Notes: generated by a model from the sequence alone, not told the origin. A stretch of DNA of 56,932 bases, filler included, from Circinaria calcarea (GCA_051942165.1; 7 parts of 7 records of this genome joined end to end with filler, not necessarily neighbours in it); one strand, 5' to 3'. Shown: positions 35,608 to 48,909, counted from the first letter of the whole stretch. Numbers and translations are program-made.

Positions 35608-38600
35608 ATGACATCGCCGCTGCATGGAGGTATGGCTTTGGATGGCTGGAAAACTGATCTGGTTACTGACCCACCCACGATAAATAGGTAAAACACCGCC
35701 ACGATTCCTCCGTGACCTTAGCCGCTACAACCCCCACAAGATCCCTTCATCCGCCTACAACGTCCTTACCCAGCTGTCTTTGCAATACGAGGGATCGGAA
35801 CTCCCAAGACCTAAGAAGGGAAGCTGCCATCACAAATGGGCTCTGAAGCTCAATCAAAGTACTCTTCCAGAACTAGACGTCAGACCAGGTTACTCCTCCT
35901 TCTACAATGCTGCGGCATACTGCACCTCATGCCGCTGTCACGTTGATCTCTCAGTCGATTATCGCGGGGAGGGGCCCGGGGTTCTGCCATGCCCCAAGGA
36001 AGATGCACCTCTGCATCATTTCGTATACCAGTCGAATGCTTTCAACGGTCGACGGGCTATCAAGGATAGCTTTAACTCGGGACAATGGGTTGATATCCAG
36101 CATTTTCAATGCTCTTCGTTGTCTTGCTCTGCGCGCTTAACTACTCGATTCCGTCCCCCGAGACTCACCAAAGAATGGACTGCGCTCTTGGTTGATCCAT
36201 CCCTCATCCAACAGCGCGCGCAAAAAGTGATGGAAGACGAACCTGCTCGATTTGAGGGACATTCCGTGCCTTCACCCATCAATGTGCTAGTAAACCTAAA
36301 GTCATATATTTCAAACGCTATGCAGAGTCCCAACCCGAGACGTATCATTGGGACTAACAAGAAATGGTTGCTTTCTTTTGGCGAACCATGTACGGATTTA
36401 CTGGAGTATCTCGGATTCACGCGCGAGGCAAGAAAATGGAAGCGATAGTCAGCGTCCTGCCGCCCGCTAACCTATCATGTAGGAAGATGACTGGATGCCG
36501 CCCCGGCCTGATGCACAAGCCACAACGCCATTCACGAATCCTGTCAACCTTTTACTAGATGATGTTGATAAAGAGTTGTTGGTTCTTCTTGACCAACAGC
36601 CTGAAAATGAAAAGCGTATGGCGAAGGTGTATTTTAGCTCCACACTCGCATCGGTCGACTTCGAGAGGATATTGGGATCAAGAGGCTGTAAGACTGATGC
36701 GTTCGTGTGCCTATGCTTTCATTGACGGGTTCTAGATAAAAAGTCCGCTGCTTCACGTACGGTGGATCTAACTAATGAGGATGAGGAACATCCGTAAGTC
36801 TTCTATATCTATCACACATAATACTCCGTTAAGGCTTACATATTAGCTTCTACGCTGGTCTCGGCGCCATTGGTGACTTCCACGATGACTTACTTAGCTT
36901 TGCTTATGACCGTCAGATTGAATACGACCCGCAGAACACGCCTTACTATCTCGAATGTCTCCAAGGAATTGCTGCAGGCCGCGGAAGTGAAGAGTTGGAA
37001 GTAAAAGTAGCGGTAGAAGCCTCATCTGGGAAAATAAGCCTGAAAGATGTCCGAGAAGCATATCAGAGTTTCGGACTTGAGTTCCATTCGGAACACATGG
37101 AGGATGACAATATCATTGGCAGCTTTCAAGCAAGAGTGGCAGACTCTCCCAAACAGGAAGCTGAACTTCGACGCGCACTTCATGTCATAGGACAGCACCG
37201 CTCGAGTGAAAGGATCCAGCAAATTGCTGCCAATTGTAAGTTTTCTTCCGCAAAGTTCTCCTGTCGAGTGTTTACGAATAAACAGCGGTTACGACATATG
37301 AGCAGGCTTTAGCATGGCTCAATGCTCCAGAAGATACGGATGATAGCTTTTTGATTAGCATGTACAGCGTGAAAGTAAGTTTGCTACCCTTTTGAAGCAT
37401 CCCCGAGAGGCAGTCAGCCCTATCGCTTCGCTGGAAACCAGCAAGACTTAGTTTGGGACAAACACGGACAGTGATTGACCGACCCTCTAGGTCAGTGAGA
37501 ATCCGTCAAACCAGGAGTTGGCCCGCCACGCGATTGCCTTGATTGCGCAGAGGCGGAACAGCAACGTGTTAAGGCTATGGTTGGAGACTGGCCGGTTGGG
37601 AGAAGTTGAAATGGACACTGGACAAGCCTATGCGCGCCTGGGTATCGATGACCGTACAGTAGACGATGATACCATATTACAGATCTACAGCCTTCGTGCC
37701 CAAGACACGCCAAGTCAAATCGATGAGTTGAAACGAGCATTAACCGCCATTGCCAAATCCAAGGAATCCCATGTCCTGCAGAATTTCCTGAGTACTGGAA
37801 TGGCAACTTCTGAACATTCCCCGGCGCAATGGCCAGTGGGTCTTGGAAATATTGGCAATACTTGTTATCTTAACAGCCTGCTGCAATTTTACTTTACTAT
37901 CAAGCCTTTACGGGATCTTGTGCTTAACTTTGACAACTACAAGATGCAACCTGAAGATATAGCGTCCAACAAGAAGCAGGTGGGATCTAGGAGAGTCTCG
38001 CCAACCGAAATTGAGCGCGCTCAGAGATGTCAGTTATGTGTATGGTACTCCAGTCGTAGCCTCTACTAATCTTTCTTAGTTATGTACGAGCTGCAAAAGC
38101 TGTTCCAAAGCATGATCGCTGTCCCAAGGGCACAGGTGGTACCAGAGCAGGAGCTCGCTCGCCTAACGCTGATAAGCTCAATTACTGAGGTGGAGAAACG
38201 GAGACAGTCAATGCTCAGTTCAGATCGACCTACGCTAGGATATATTCACGGCACACCCATTCAGGGACCTTTACCTCCACCGATGCCTCAAGACACAAAT
38301 ATAGATATCGAACGCTCTCATGACGGACCTGATGGAGGCAATAACGCTACGAGCCACGACGATGAAGTCTCAAGTGAAGGTACACTAGTAGATGCGCTGA
38401 TACCTCATACAGAAACAATGGGCGACAATGACTTTATGATCGTAGACTCCGATGAGAAGCAGCAGCAACAACAGCAACAGCAACAAATATTAGACAACAA
38501 AGAAAACCTCCCACCCATCAAGGAGTACTTTAAACGCCCTTCTACGCCTGAAAACCACCTGAAGCCCCTTGGGGAAGCGTCACCTTCACGCGTAAACGAA

Positions 38601-40146
38601 CAACAACAACGCGCAGAGCCCACCAGAGAGAGTGATACGGATCATGAAATGTCAATGTTAAAGGAAAACACACCATCGGTATCATTTGGTCCGCCAAACC
38701 GGGCCCCACCGCCAATTCCGCCACGTCAGAAACCAGAGGAACAGAAAAAAGCAATACAAGAAGAAGTCGAAATGGGAGCCCAGCAAGATGTGGGAGAGGT
38801 CATCGGAAACGTTCTTTTCCAGCTTCAATGTGCAATCAAAGCACAGTCCATCGACGAGTCCGGAGAGCAAATTGACCAAGTCAAAAATCTTTTCTTCGGT
38901 AAACTAAAATCCTATACCACAAACGGACAAGGGGTGATTAGGACCAAGGAAGAGTTTAATTCAGACATCAAGGTTGATGTCGCGTCCGGCCCTCGCGACA
39001 TATATTCTGCCTTGGACGGAGCGTTTGACGTCCAAGAAGTCGAGGTTGGAGGTTCCCTGGAACCGCAATATACTACAATCTCTCAGCTTCCTCCTGTCTT
39101 GCAAATAATGGTGCAAAGAGCGCAATTCGACCCACAAACGAAGACTACTGTCAAATCAAACAACCACCTAGGGCTAAGAGAGGTTATATACATGGATAGG
39201 TATGTTGACTCGTCCGACCCGGAGCTTCAGCGTAGACGGCATGAATGTTGGAATTGGAAGCGAGAATTGGCCACTCTGCAGGCGCGGAAGTTGGAGCTAA
39301 CGCAAACGGAGGTAAGTACGCCCTGTTCAGTGACAGTTGACTCGGTCGGTGAACTAATACTTGGTAGCTGGGGATTGACATACCCGAGGTAATCACGGCG
39401 ACGGGAGGATACCTAGACCAACTTAAGGATATTGACCAGGACGATCCCATTGAGGTGAAACCCCAACTACTTAAGGATCTAGAACAGATCTCCAAAGAAG
39501 CTAAAGTAGAGTTATCAAGTAAGTCCTTCTCATCGCGTGATGCCAAGATCATATCTCTGATTAGTTTTGTGTAGCACTTGATGAGGAAATCAAATCAGTC
39601 ACGACCAACATCAACAGCCAGTTTGCCGACCTTCGAAAACTCCCATACCGCCTGCACTCCGTTTTCATCCACCGCGGCCGTGCCAACGCCGGCCACTACT
39701 GGATCTACATCTACGACTTCGCCCGCTCCATGTGGCGAAAATATAACGACGAATACGTCAGCGAAGTCAAGGACCCCGAAGTCGAAATCTACGGCGAAGA
39801 AAAGGCCGATTACCGGCCAACGCCTTATTTTCTCGTCTACATCCGAGACGAGCTCAAAGACCAGCTCGTCGATGCGGTCTGTCGGGACATTGCCGCCGAA
39901 GCCCCGCTCTCGGTCCCAGTCCAGATGTCGGAAGAAGGTTCTTCGCAGGATACCATCATGGTGGATGATGATGATACGCAAGGGACCGAGGAACTGGTCC
40001 GGTGGCATAGTAGCTGGGCTGGCCAGGGCACGGTCGATCCGCGGGCAACGCAGAAGGATCGGTATCCTGAGACGGGTAGGGGTAATGGGACTGGTCAGTG
40101 GAATAGTCGGGAGCTGTACACTGGAGATCCTAATATTAAGTGGTAG
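35608..40146 (+). CDS. UBP2: Ubiquitin C-terminal hydrolase Ubp2 (USP family)
   Basis: MTSPLHG|GKTPPRFLRDL; internal helical repeats (AYQSFGL, AYARLGI); Cys box GLGNIGNTCYLNSLLQ; QQDVGE; His box YRLHSVFIHRGRANAGHYWIYIYD; WRKYNDEYV; PYFLVY. Multiple introns; polyQ near 38460. Confidence 0.92.
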
Positions 40147-40600
40147 CGGTAACAGGGGGCCTGTCATGATTTGGTCATGAAAGCGTTCCCCTTGACGGGG
40201 CGGGGGGCGAGTGCGAGGTAAAGTCCTTCCATTGAGGTCCGGGGACTTGAAAGACTTATGTTCGGCACCGGTATGGGAAGCAGGTTATACGCTTTCGAGT
40301 AAATCCCTTTGGAGGCCAATTATTGGTCAGGAGGCCCCCGGGAGAAGAAAAGGGGGGGGTCCCCTTTCTCCCTTTCTTCACTTTTGAACCTAGATACCGA
40401 TAATGATACCGATACCCGATATAGCGGGCTTTTTCATGAGCGAGCGGGTCCCTTTTATCTTACATTAATTGCATATGCATACATGTATCTATCTTCCGTG
40501 CTTCCGTGCTTGCTTGCTTTGCGAAGCTTAGAAAGCAGAGAAGAAACAAGAAAAGAAAGCAAGAAAAGAAAGCATAACATGGCCTCGGTACCGCGTCCCA

Positions 40601-40685
40601 CCCTTTCCCTTTCCCTTTCCCTTTCCCTTTCCCTTTCCCTTTCCCTTTCCCTTTCCCTTTCCCTTTCCCTTTCCCTTTCCCTTTC
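40601..40685. repeat. (CCCTTT)n hexamer microsatellite at contig end
   Basis: About 14 perfect copies running into the gap. Confidence 0.95.
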
Positions 40686-40785
40686 NNNNNNNNNNNNNNN
40701 NNNNNNNNNNNNNNNNNNNNNNNNNNNNNTTAATTAATTAANNNNNNNNNNNNNNNNNNNNNNNNNNNNNNNNNNNNNNNNNNNN
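40686..40785. other. Artificial contig spacer
   Basis: N44-TTAATTAATTAA-N44. Confidence 0.99.
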
Positions 40786-41985
40786 GGGGAAAGGGCTCCT
40801 TGAGGTGGGTGGTGGGGGAAGTTGATAAACATGTAGAAACCGCAAGGGGAAAAAAAGCGAGGAAATTCTATGCAGAGGGAGCCCCTGGGGCCAATTGTTC
40901 TACTTACAGTATCTTGGGTCCGATCAGGCGGGTGCCTCTGAACAGGGGAATTTCACCGGGTTTTTTAACTACGTAGTGACATTCTCAACTCACTCACTCA
41001 CTTACACATTACACGCATCTCCCTACCCATCTTACAGGTAAAAATCCCCATTCCGATAAACAATATTATTGCCGTTTTTTCCCCTAATCCGTTGGACTAA
41101 AACTAAAACTAGGTAACTAGCTCGTGGAAAGGACCGATAACCACCCTTCCCCAAATTTCCCAAGTCAAGTTTTTGTGTTCGCAGTCGTCAGGGTTTGCAT
41201 GTGTTTGTAATCTGTGTATCTGTGAAACTATTGTAAAGACAGTGGGTTGGTTTGTGAATGTTGTTGCGACTCCCGATTCCGATTCCTCGTGAGGAGACAA
41301 AAGGAAGGAACCTTGATTATTGAGGACAGAGTTGCCTGTTTCTCGGAGGAACTGTCATCCTCGGGTGCTTTTTTTGTTCCCGTTACACCCGAATGGAGTC
41401 GTCGGAATGTTTGCAGCAATTGGTGTAGGTTAGTGGAGGGTTGCTAAAAGGCTGTATTTGAGCTTGTCCGGCACTTTGGCGTTCCTCCAAGGTTGAAATC
41501 CTGGTGAAGAGGGAGTAAAAGAGCAGACTAGCGTTTAGTAAGCCCCGTCCTGTTTCCCATGAGCAACAGTGCAAGGGTGAGGGCTTGAAGGAGTTGCTTA
41601 TGGGGCTTTGGAGCCGAAGAAGATGTAAAAGGTTATGATCCAAAATGCAGCCTCATGGCGAGTTCCCAGAGCATGCTAGAAGAACTGGATGCAATTCTAG
41701 CAGAACAAAGATTAGTATCGCCAGAAGAAGCAAAGAGCAAAAGCGCATGCAAGGTGGCAGGTAGCAAGAGTGGGTACTAGCATCATTAGCAAGAACCAAC
41801 CACGAGCTAGCGAGAACCTAGCATTCCATGTCTCCCATCTATTTTAGGCAGATTGAGTAAAGTGTGCATGCAGAAAAGGTGGATGCAGGAGGTAGTTGAT
41901 GCCTCGAAAAGAAAAGCATAGCAAGTGGGTGAGTCCGTAAAGACTTCATTGTTGAATATGAAGCTTTAGGCGCCAGAGCTGACTA

Positions 41986-44262
41986 CTATTTGGGACAGTC
42001 TTTATGAGAAGTGGTGCCATGGTCATGATTGGTCTCGTGTCCCAGTCTATCCGATACCTGGTGCGCTTGACCTGCTGCTCGCTCGCTTTCTTTTCCAAAT
42101 GGTGTTCCATTGACACCGTAGGTATTGTTTGAGGACGGCAGGTCTGGACGATACTTTTCTAGGGTCTCAATCTGACGTGAATGCCAGTTGTCCTTTGTAG
42201 TGGGGATGAAGGGTCGACGCATAGCGCTAGATGACGCTCCCCTAATACCCGAGTGTGGGAGGTTCCTAGGTTGACGCGGTAAGGCGTCCTGCGAAGTGGC
42301 CTTAGGGCAGCTGGCGCAAGTATCCGGCATCAAAGGATCCGGGTGGGAATAATACCTTGGACTCCACGCGTTACTCGCTTGTGTTGCATAGCGTTGCTGG
42401 AAAGACGTAGTCCACGGCGAGGCAGACATCGGAGGATTTCCAGACGGTCCTCCCAATAAACCATAATGCTGCACTTGCGTGGCGTTCTCGGCAGCAGTAA
42501 CGGTGCCGGGGGTGTTCCGTGGAGAATCCCATGAATACTCGGCAGACTCCTTACTCCATGGGTGGGCAGTATAAGGGACCGTGGTCAGCTGTGAGTGCGG
42601 CAGCTGACGCTGGGAAAAGTCTAGCTTCGCAGCACTACCTTGTCTCGACTTCTCCCCAGGCATAAGCGCAACCCTTGAGGTCCCTCTAGTTCCAAAAAAT
42701 CCTCCCTGCTTTAATTTGTTACGTAACGGTCGTCGCTCAGTTGGAAAAGGCGGTGTAGGGACCCCTTCTCCGTAATGTGAACTCGCGCGTGTAGGCGTGT
42801 CTACTTCCATAGGCTGATGCCCAACTGACTGCTCCCATGTGAAAGGATCCGGAAACTCGGAACCAATTTGGAGTGTTGAAGGCGCTTGGGTTGGTCGTGG
42901 TAGTGGACTGGAGCTCGCTTGCTTGGAACCCCATGCTACTCCGTTAGGAATCACGGTAGCTGTGGTATGATTGGCACCGTAGGGCGTATTGTGCCCGACA
43001 GTATCACGACATTCATCTTGATTGAGTGCCATGAGACCTTGGAGAGCTGGCAGTAATTGATCTCTAGGACTACTAACCTGATCATCAGACATGGTTGTAG
43101 GATAACGATGCGACGAGACATCGACGTGTGACTCTTCGGCTGTAGGTGTGAGTGGCCATTGAAGGTCGCTGGTGTCACTCATTGACTCGTTCCAGGTACG
43201 GAGGTTTGCATTGTTAGCCGCTAAGGTAAGCTCCTCTTCCTGATTAGCATCAGGAAGGAAATCTCCTTCTGAATTCGTATTCCAATCATATGAGACTCCA
43301 GGAGAATGATGTTGCTGTGGCCTCCAGAGTTCAGCCTCAGGCGTATCAGTCCTCAGTGGTCCGGAATTAGCAACGATGACCTCAGGATAATTCCGCTTTA
43401 GGTCCCAAATCATGTCTTCTCCTGAAGATTCTTGATAGTCCTTGCCCTCAACTTCGCCCACTCCATGGTGCTCACCACCTTCATTGGTGTCTTTGCCTTT
43501 TGGTCGTTGACTTCCCCACATCCGCTGCGGAGAAGAATCTGGTGTAAGTTGGTCTTCCTCACCATCTAAGTCATCCTCGGATGATTCATCCCAGTAACCG
43601 TCCGTGGCTTCATTCACCGTCAAATCATAGAATTTAAGCTGGATGGCTTTGTCGGCGTCCACAAGGTACTTTGAAATAGCATGTCCATCTCGTAGTACAG
43701 CCATGTTATCTTGTTGCAGACCTAAATGCTTAGCGGCATCCGGAAACTCATCATGGTAGATACGCTGGATGGTCCGGTGAAGATGGCGACGAAGTTCGAA
43801 GACGGAAAGAGTTTCGGGAAATTTGAAGTCCACAGAGAAATCGCCACGGTGAGTGGATTGAAGGGGTTCCACATGAATACGAACTTCGCGATGGAAGGCA
43901 AATCCGAATTTCGCCCCATCCTTGAGAAACTGCTGCCATAAGCGTTCATTGATGACAGCACCATTTTCTGCATAAAGAACAAGATGCCCGTCACCGCCCA
44001 CAAACTGGGATAGTTCATCCTTCAGATGCTGAATTCGGCATCAGTAAACGGAGCAGCTGGTGAGAGTATGAAGACCGTACCTGCCAGTCTGCTACTGCTT
44101 GCAGAGGGAACTGATAGATAGTAGCTTTCGGATCCTCGAAGAAGAATAGGTCGATAGTAGGCACTCTGTTTGTGGTAGCAGACCTATTTCATTTCAGCTG
44201 TATTCACTCTAAGACTAGAACGAAACTTACTTGTTATCGACAGCCCATGCATCGTATGCCAT
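41986..44262 (-). CDS. Hypothetical protein with putative N-terminal ubiquitin-like domain and long disordered tail
   Basis: Two short spliced exons (MAYDAWAVDNK|..IDLFFFEDPKATIYQFPLQAVADWQ|) join the 671-codon ORF (HLKDELSQF..LVLYAENGAVINERLWQQFLKDG). Remainder is acidic and S/P/T-rich. Confidence 0.65.
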
Positions 44263-44968
44263 GTTGGAGTCCCAGGTAGCACGAAGTGATGTGCGATTAC
44301 GAAAAAATACGGTCTTGGGCCTTGCGTGGAAGGTTACGTAAACTTGCCTTGTTGTGCATGCGGCAGTAGGAGTCACTGGTTTTAACTTCGACCTTTGGAG
44401 CGATGTTGACTGGGCTAATCGAGTGTCAGTGCAAGTCCCAAAGAAAGGGAGTTGATGGTCATCAGTACGTACCGACTAGACGGCAGGTCACAGACGATCA
44501 GTTAGTATCGTCACAGTCACGAATCCGACGAAATAGGGTGGAAGCTTGCTTGGAAGTCCGGACTCGAAAGTATTGAAATCGTTGGAAAATGGAAAATGGA
44601 TTGAATGAAGGCCGTTCAGACATAAACCACTAGATGAGGACGTGGTGAATGTGTAAGAAGGATTCACAGTATGCAATCACAGGCCTGAGGAAGTGTATTG
44701 AAGAAAAGATATGTGATGATGTTGTGAATATGCTCATTGCGGAGGTTTCGTACGGTTGTCGACATGTAGTTGACTATACATGGTCTCCACAACAGATTAC
44801 AGGAGGACTCTAGCATGATATCGTCAGACAACCACATCAAACGGTCTTCGACAATGGAAATCGTAAAAAAATGTATCAAAGTTAAACTTAGAATGACTCG
44901 TGTGGAAATGGGTATCTAAATTCCGTAAATTGTATGCAGCAAATGAAAAGCGGTTGGGCTCAAGGCTT

Positions 44969-46531
44969 TCAGATCCCTGAACCTTTCATTCCCTTAATTC
45001 TGCCGCCCTGAACAACTCCAACGCTCACACCATCTTCTCCGGTCATCCAGCTCGGCATCTTCTCTCCATTGACAACACCCACCTCTAGCAACTTTCTTAT
45101 CCCAGCAAACACATGTGCACCGTGGAAACTCAATTGAACCGTGGGTATCCAGCCGCCTGAAGAGTCTATACGGTTAGGGCTAATAGTCTCATCATCGGAT
45201 TCATCAACAATGGTCAATGTAGGTCGTCTGCCCCTCCTTGACTTTACCAAGCTCGTCTGTGTTTGATCCGGTAGTGGTTCGCTAGTGTCGGGCTCGGGAC
45301 CTTCCATGTTGGGGTTAGAAGTAAAAGGATCTTCTATTCGAATGTCTAGTCTTTCTATGCCTTTGCCATCTGCTTCAACGCCACTTTTGCCAAAACGGCT
45401 TAATGCAACGTGTTGCCGCCTCTTGGGCAATGAATCTTCATGCTCATTTAGTAGTGGGTTTCCTTCACACTCTGTCTGATGATTTCGTTTGGTACCACTG
45501 ATCCTCTCGTTTGCTTGAAGGTTTTCTTTGTCATCAAACTGGAGATACTCCTGATTTCTGATAACTGTAGATTGTAGGGGGTTCCCTTCCACGCTACCCT
45601 CTGCAAATATACTCCATCCTCCAGCAGCCGAGTTACCCCGAGTTGAACCCCGAACAGCTACTAAAGCCGACACAGACCGGGCAGACAATGACGTTGCCTT
45701 CAAACCGTAACGCTCGAGTGGTTTTGAAAATGCTTTGGGAATGGCATCTATGACGGCTTTGCGAATCGTTTTATTGTTACCACCGCTTGAAGATCCAGAC
45801 GGGGTTACCAAGGATACGTAAACAAAGGGCGTATCATCTGGGAAGGCAACATAAATTGTTGTCGATATATCAAGCGCCTGGACATTTCTGGATGTGGTTC
45901 GCGAGCCTTGAGAAGTATATGGCGAGTCATGAATCTGCATTCGAAGTAGCGTGATAGGCATGGATGGCAATCTTGAGAGATGATAATGAGCCTTCACTAA
46001 CGCACCAACCTCGCTTTGCAAGTTGCGAAGAAAGGAGGGGGCATGGAATCGTGGAAGATGTCGATCGTCCTTCTCCGCCGAATGAACGCTGATATCATTG
46101 GCTTCCGGTAAAAGACGGACGAGTTTGAGCGCGGTCCATCTATGGGAGGTCGGATGGTCTACCAAGTATTGCAAGTCTGCCATCGCCAGTTGCTGTAAGG
46201 ATATGCCATGTCGCCAGTCGCCCTCTAGCACACGATCTAGTACCTCTCTTTTTGCTCCTTTTCCCTTCTCGAACTCGCTATACACCTCCCTCACTTCATC
46301 GGTACTCTGGGCGATGTTGTATAGATCTTCATCCTCGGAGTCTTCTCCTCCAAGGTAAGGCGCGCATGTCGAATGATGTTGATCCTTGAGCCATTCTTCC
46401 ACTACGGCCAGGAGAGAAGATCTCGATAACTTTCCCAGGATTTTACTAACCCAGGGATCTGTGGAAGGTATGCGGAGAGAACTGGGTAGAGCTCGGGTAG
46501 TTGGTAGTGTCACAGTAGCATGTGGGGCCAT
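44969..46531 (-). CDS. CHL4: Kinetochore protein CENP-N (Chl4/Mis15)
   Basis: Intronless ORF with LGKLSRSSL, KREVLDRVLEGDWRHGISLQQLAMAD, AIPKAFS, GNSAAGGWSIFA, LSFHGAHVFAGIRKL, MPSWMTGE. Confidence 0.9.
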   Translation of the reverse strand: MAPHATVTLPTTRALPSSLRIPSTDPWVSKILGKLSRSSLLAVVEEWLKDQHHSTCAPYLGGEDSEDEDLYNIAQSTDEVREVYSEFEKGKGAKREVLDRVLEGDWRHGISLQQLAMADLQYLVDHPTSHRWTALKLVRLLPEANDISVHSAEKDDRHLPRFHAPSFLRNLQSEVGALVKAHYHLSRLPSMPITLLRMQIHDSPYTSQGSRTTSRNVQALDISTTIYVAFPDDTPFVYVSLVTPSGSSSGGNNKTIRKAVIDAIPKAFSKPLERYGLKATSLSARSVSALVAVRGSTRGNSAAGGWSIFAEGSVEGNPLQSTVIRNQEYLQFDDKENLQANERISGTKRNHQTECEGNPLLNEHEDSLPKRRQHVALSRFGKSGVEADGKGIERLDIRIEDPFTSNPNMEGPEPDTSEPLPDQTQTSLVKSRRGRRPTLTIVDESDDETISPNRIDSSGGWIPTVQLSFHGAHVFAGIRKLLEVGVVNGEKMPSWMTGEDGVSVGVVQGGRIKGMKGSGI

Positions 46532-46663
46532 TGAATATGGTCTTCCCAAATGTCTGTAGTATCGTGCTACTGGCCATGTAGATGTTGTTGGTGACTACCA
46601 AGCACGCAGTATCGTGCTCCTGTCAAATCATCATGCCTGGTCCAATGCCCTAAGCGGGGACAT

Positions 46664-46670
46664 GTAAACA
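46664..46670 (+). promoter_or_regulatory. Candidate forkhead binding site upstream of CHL4
   Basis: GTAAACA about 130 bp upstream of the CHL4 ATG. A short motif that can occur by chance. Confidence 0.3.
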
Positions 46671-47326
46671 CAAGGGACGTGCTTCTGGATTGGGTCTAGT
46701 TCACCGAGAGGGTACTGTTCTTGTAGCTGAATGGTATTATGAATAATACAGACCCTTAACCTGTTTCGCACGCAAAAAAAAGGTCCGTGCAGTAGAATAC
46801 CACCGTATTATGACCTATACGAAGTATCGTTATGGAAGTTTTCTTCAGAAGTTGATGGCTCTTCTCTTATTCGTCCGCACTGAAAGCTATTGTCGCTTGC
46901 TCTCTGCAATCTAAATTCCCGAGTGTGGACGAGGCTTTGTCCGTGGGCCGATTAGTGGATGGGGCCATCCCCCACCAAGAAAGACATTGACCGCTATCAT
47001 GATTACAAAACACTCTGACCCGAGTAATCCGCCCTCCGCAACTCGGCCATCACCCCACTTCCCTCGTACAAAATTCCAACGACCGATGAGCCATTGATTC
47101 GAGGTTGGGACTGATCTACAGTATCAGATCCCGCTGTCGTCGAACCTACTCCTGGTCTGCTCAACAACAAGGAAGCCAGCACGAGTAATCTACTTTCGAA
47201 GACTAGCGCTTTGGATTTTTAATCAATCCTCGGATTCCGTCAGCGACGAGGCAATCACGACATCGAGGCTTCCGTTCGCACGCAAGAGTCCCTCAATTGG
47301 ACGGAGACTGGGTCCAGAGACGAAGA

Positions 47327-48376
47327 ATGTCCGGTTACAGTCCCCGACGAGGGCCAAATGTGTCCCAGTACATTGCCAATCTGAACACCATCCCCTCGGT
47401 GCATGATCTCGAATCACAACAACAAGAGGATTACAGCTTAGAGGATGATCTAGCTCTCTTCACCAATACAGAGTTCTTCGACTTTGATGCCCGGGGGAAC
47501 GTCGAGCAAACTCTGGTCAACTATGATCCTGCGCAGGAAGGACCAGCTGCGGGTGAGGGAGTGGCAGCAAAATACAGCAACGACGACGTGACCGGGCTGG
47601 ACCTCAATAACAGTATGTGTACTTCGGATGTCTTCTAATACCACTTTTCTGTGCACCTTGCTGCTCGCTCGAGTTCATCTCCTCTTACCGTGTATTGTAA
47701 TTCGCTATCAATGTATGAAGCGCAAGATATGCACCGAACTGACTACCAGCCTTCCTGATGGAGACAACCAGAACTCAAGTTCCTGAGCTAACAATCATTT
47801 CACACAGGCGACTTTTCATTCCCCGAACTCGGCCCCTTTCTCGCCGCCGCCACCGTTAATCCACCTCCTCTACAAACAACCCTTCCTTCCGCCCCCCCCT
47901 TTGATCTCAACGCTTATAACCTTCCCACCTCACCCTACACCGCCACTCCCCTAAACCCCCCATCAAAGCGATCCTATGCCGCCGCATCCCCCACCTCCCT
48001 CACTCCCACGGTCTCCAGCCCTCCTAACCTCGAAGCCTCCTCCCGCGCCGCTGCCGAAGAAGATAAGCGCCGACGCAACACTGCCGCTTCCGCCCGTTTC
48101 CGCGTGAAGAAGAAGCAACGCGAACAGGCGCTGGAGAAAACGGCCAAGGAAATGACGGATCGCGCCGACGCGTTGGAGGCGAGGATCGCACAGTTAGAAA
48201 TGGAGAATAAGTGGTTGAGGAACCTGGTCGTGGAGAAGACGGCGGCGGGCAAGGATGATGTGGCGGAGCTGTGGCAGAAGTTCTCAAAGGAGAATGAGAT
48301 GGGGAGGAGAGGGGAGGGGGTGAAGAAGGGTGTGGGGACTACGACGATAACGGATGATGAAGAAAAGAAGGCTTGA
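47327..48376 (+). CDS. metR: bZIP sulfur regulator MetR/Cys-3
   Basis: RRGPNVSQYIANLNTIP..EDDLALFTNTEFFDFD; intron 47613-47807; bZIP EEDKRRRNTAASARFRVKKKQREQALE..LEMENKWLRNLVVEK. Confidence 0.93.
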
Positions 48377-48809
48377 ATGAGGACTTGGATAATATCTTGC
48401 TTCTAATATACCAGCGAGGGTTTTCTTAGTTCTGTTATGGCATGCAACGAATCTTTTACTCTTACTTGTGGATGAGCACCTCACGGTGGAAAATGGGTCA
48501 TCCAGTCGTCCGGTTCCTTTGAATATCCAATTCCTCTTTGTGGTTTAATCATGTGCCACACGAGCCATACTATCTTAACCTATCTTATCCCCGATATCAA
48601 CAAAGACTATTAGATTTTTTTTAAGAGGCATATTTCTTATGGATTTTTCTCCAAGTGAAACTGACCACTCGAACCCCCTTAATACAATAGACAATAGTAG
48701 ATGGAGGTACTCTTTTCTCTTAATCCCAACAACGATATATACCCGCATTCCAAAATCTAGACCGTACCGTACGCTTGGATATACGAATCGATCCAGCGCG
48801 GGGGGGGGG

Positions 48810-48909
48810 NNNNNNNNNNNNNNNNNNNNNNNNNNNNNNNNNNNNNNNNNNNNTTAATTAATTAANNNNNNNNNNNNNNNNNNNNNNNNNNNNNNNNNNN
48901 NNNNNNNNN
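48810..48909. other. Artificial contig spacer
   Basis: N44-TTAATTAATTAA-N44. Confidence 0.99.

Noticed and set aside
40234..40249. Minus-strand AAGTCCCCGGACCTC resembling RNase MRP CR-I
   Set aside because: Lacks the preceding GA, has no clear GARAR loop, and the rest of the RNA would lie antisense within UBP2 coding sequence. Probably chance; an Rfam cmscan would settle it.
40601..40685. Telomeric repeat
   Set aside because: Unit is CCCTTT, not CCCTAA, and the C-rich strand points toward the contig 3' end, the wrong orientation for a telomere.
8080..48909. Regularly spaced TTAATTAATTAA motifs about every 8.1 kb
   Set aside because: Each sits in an identical N44/N44 pad and the contigs are length-sorted. 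It is a concatenation linker, so cross-spacer gene clustering (e.g. NLR with deaminase) is not meaningful.
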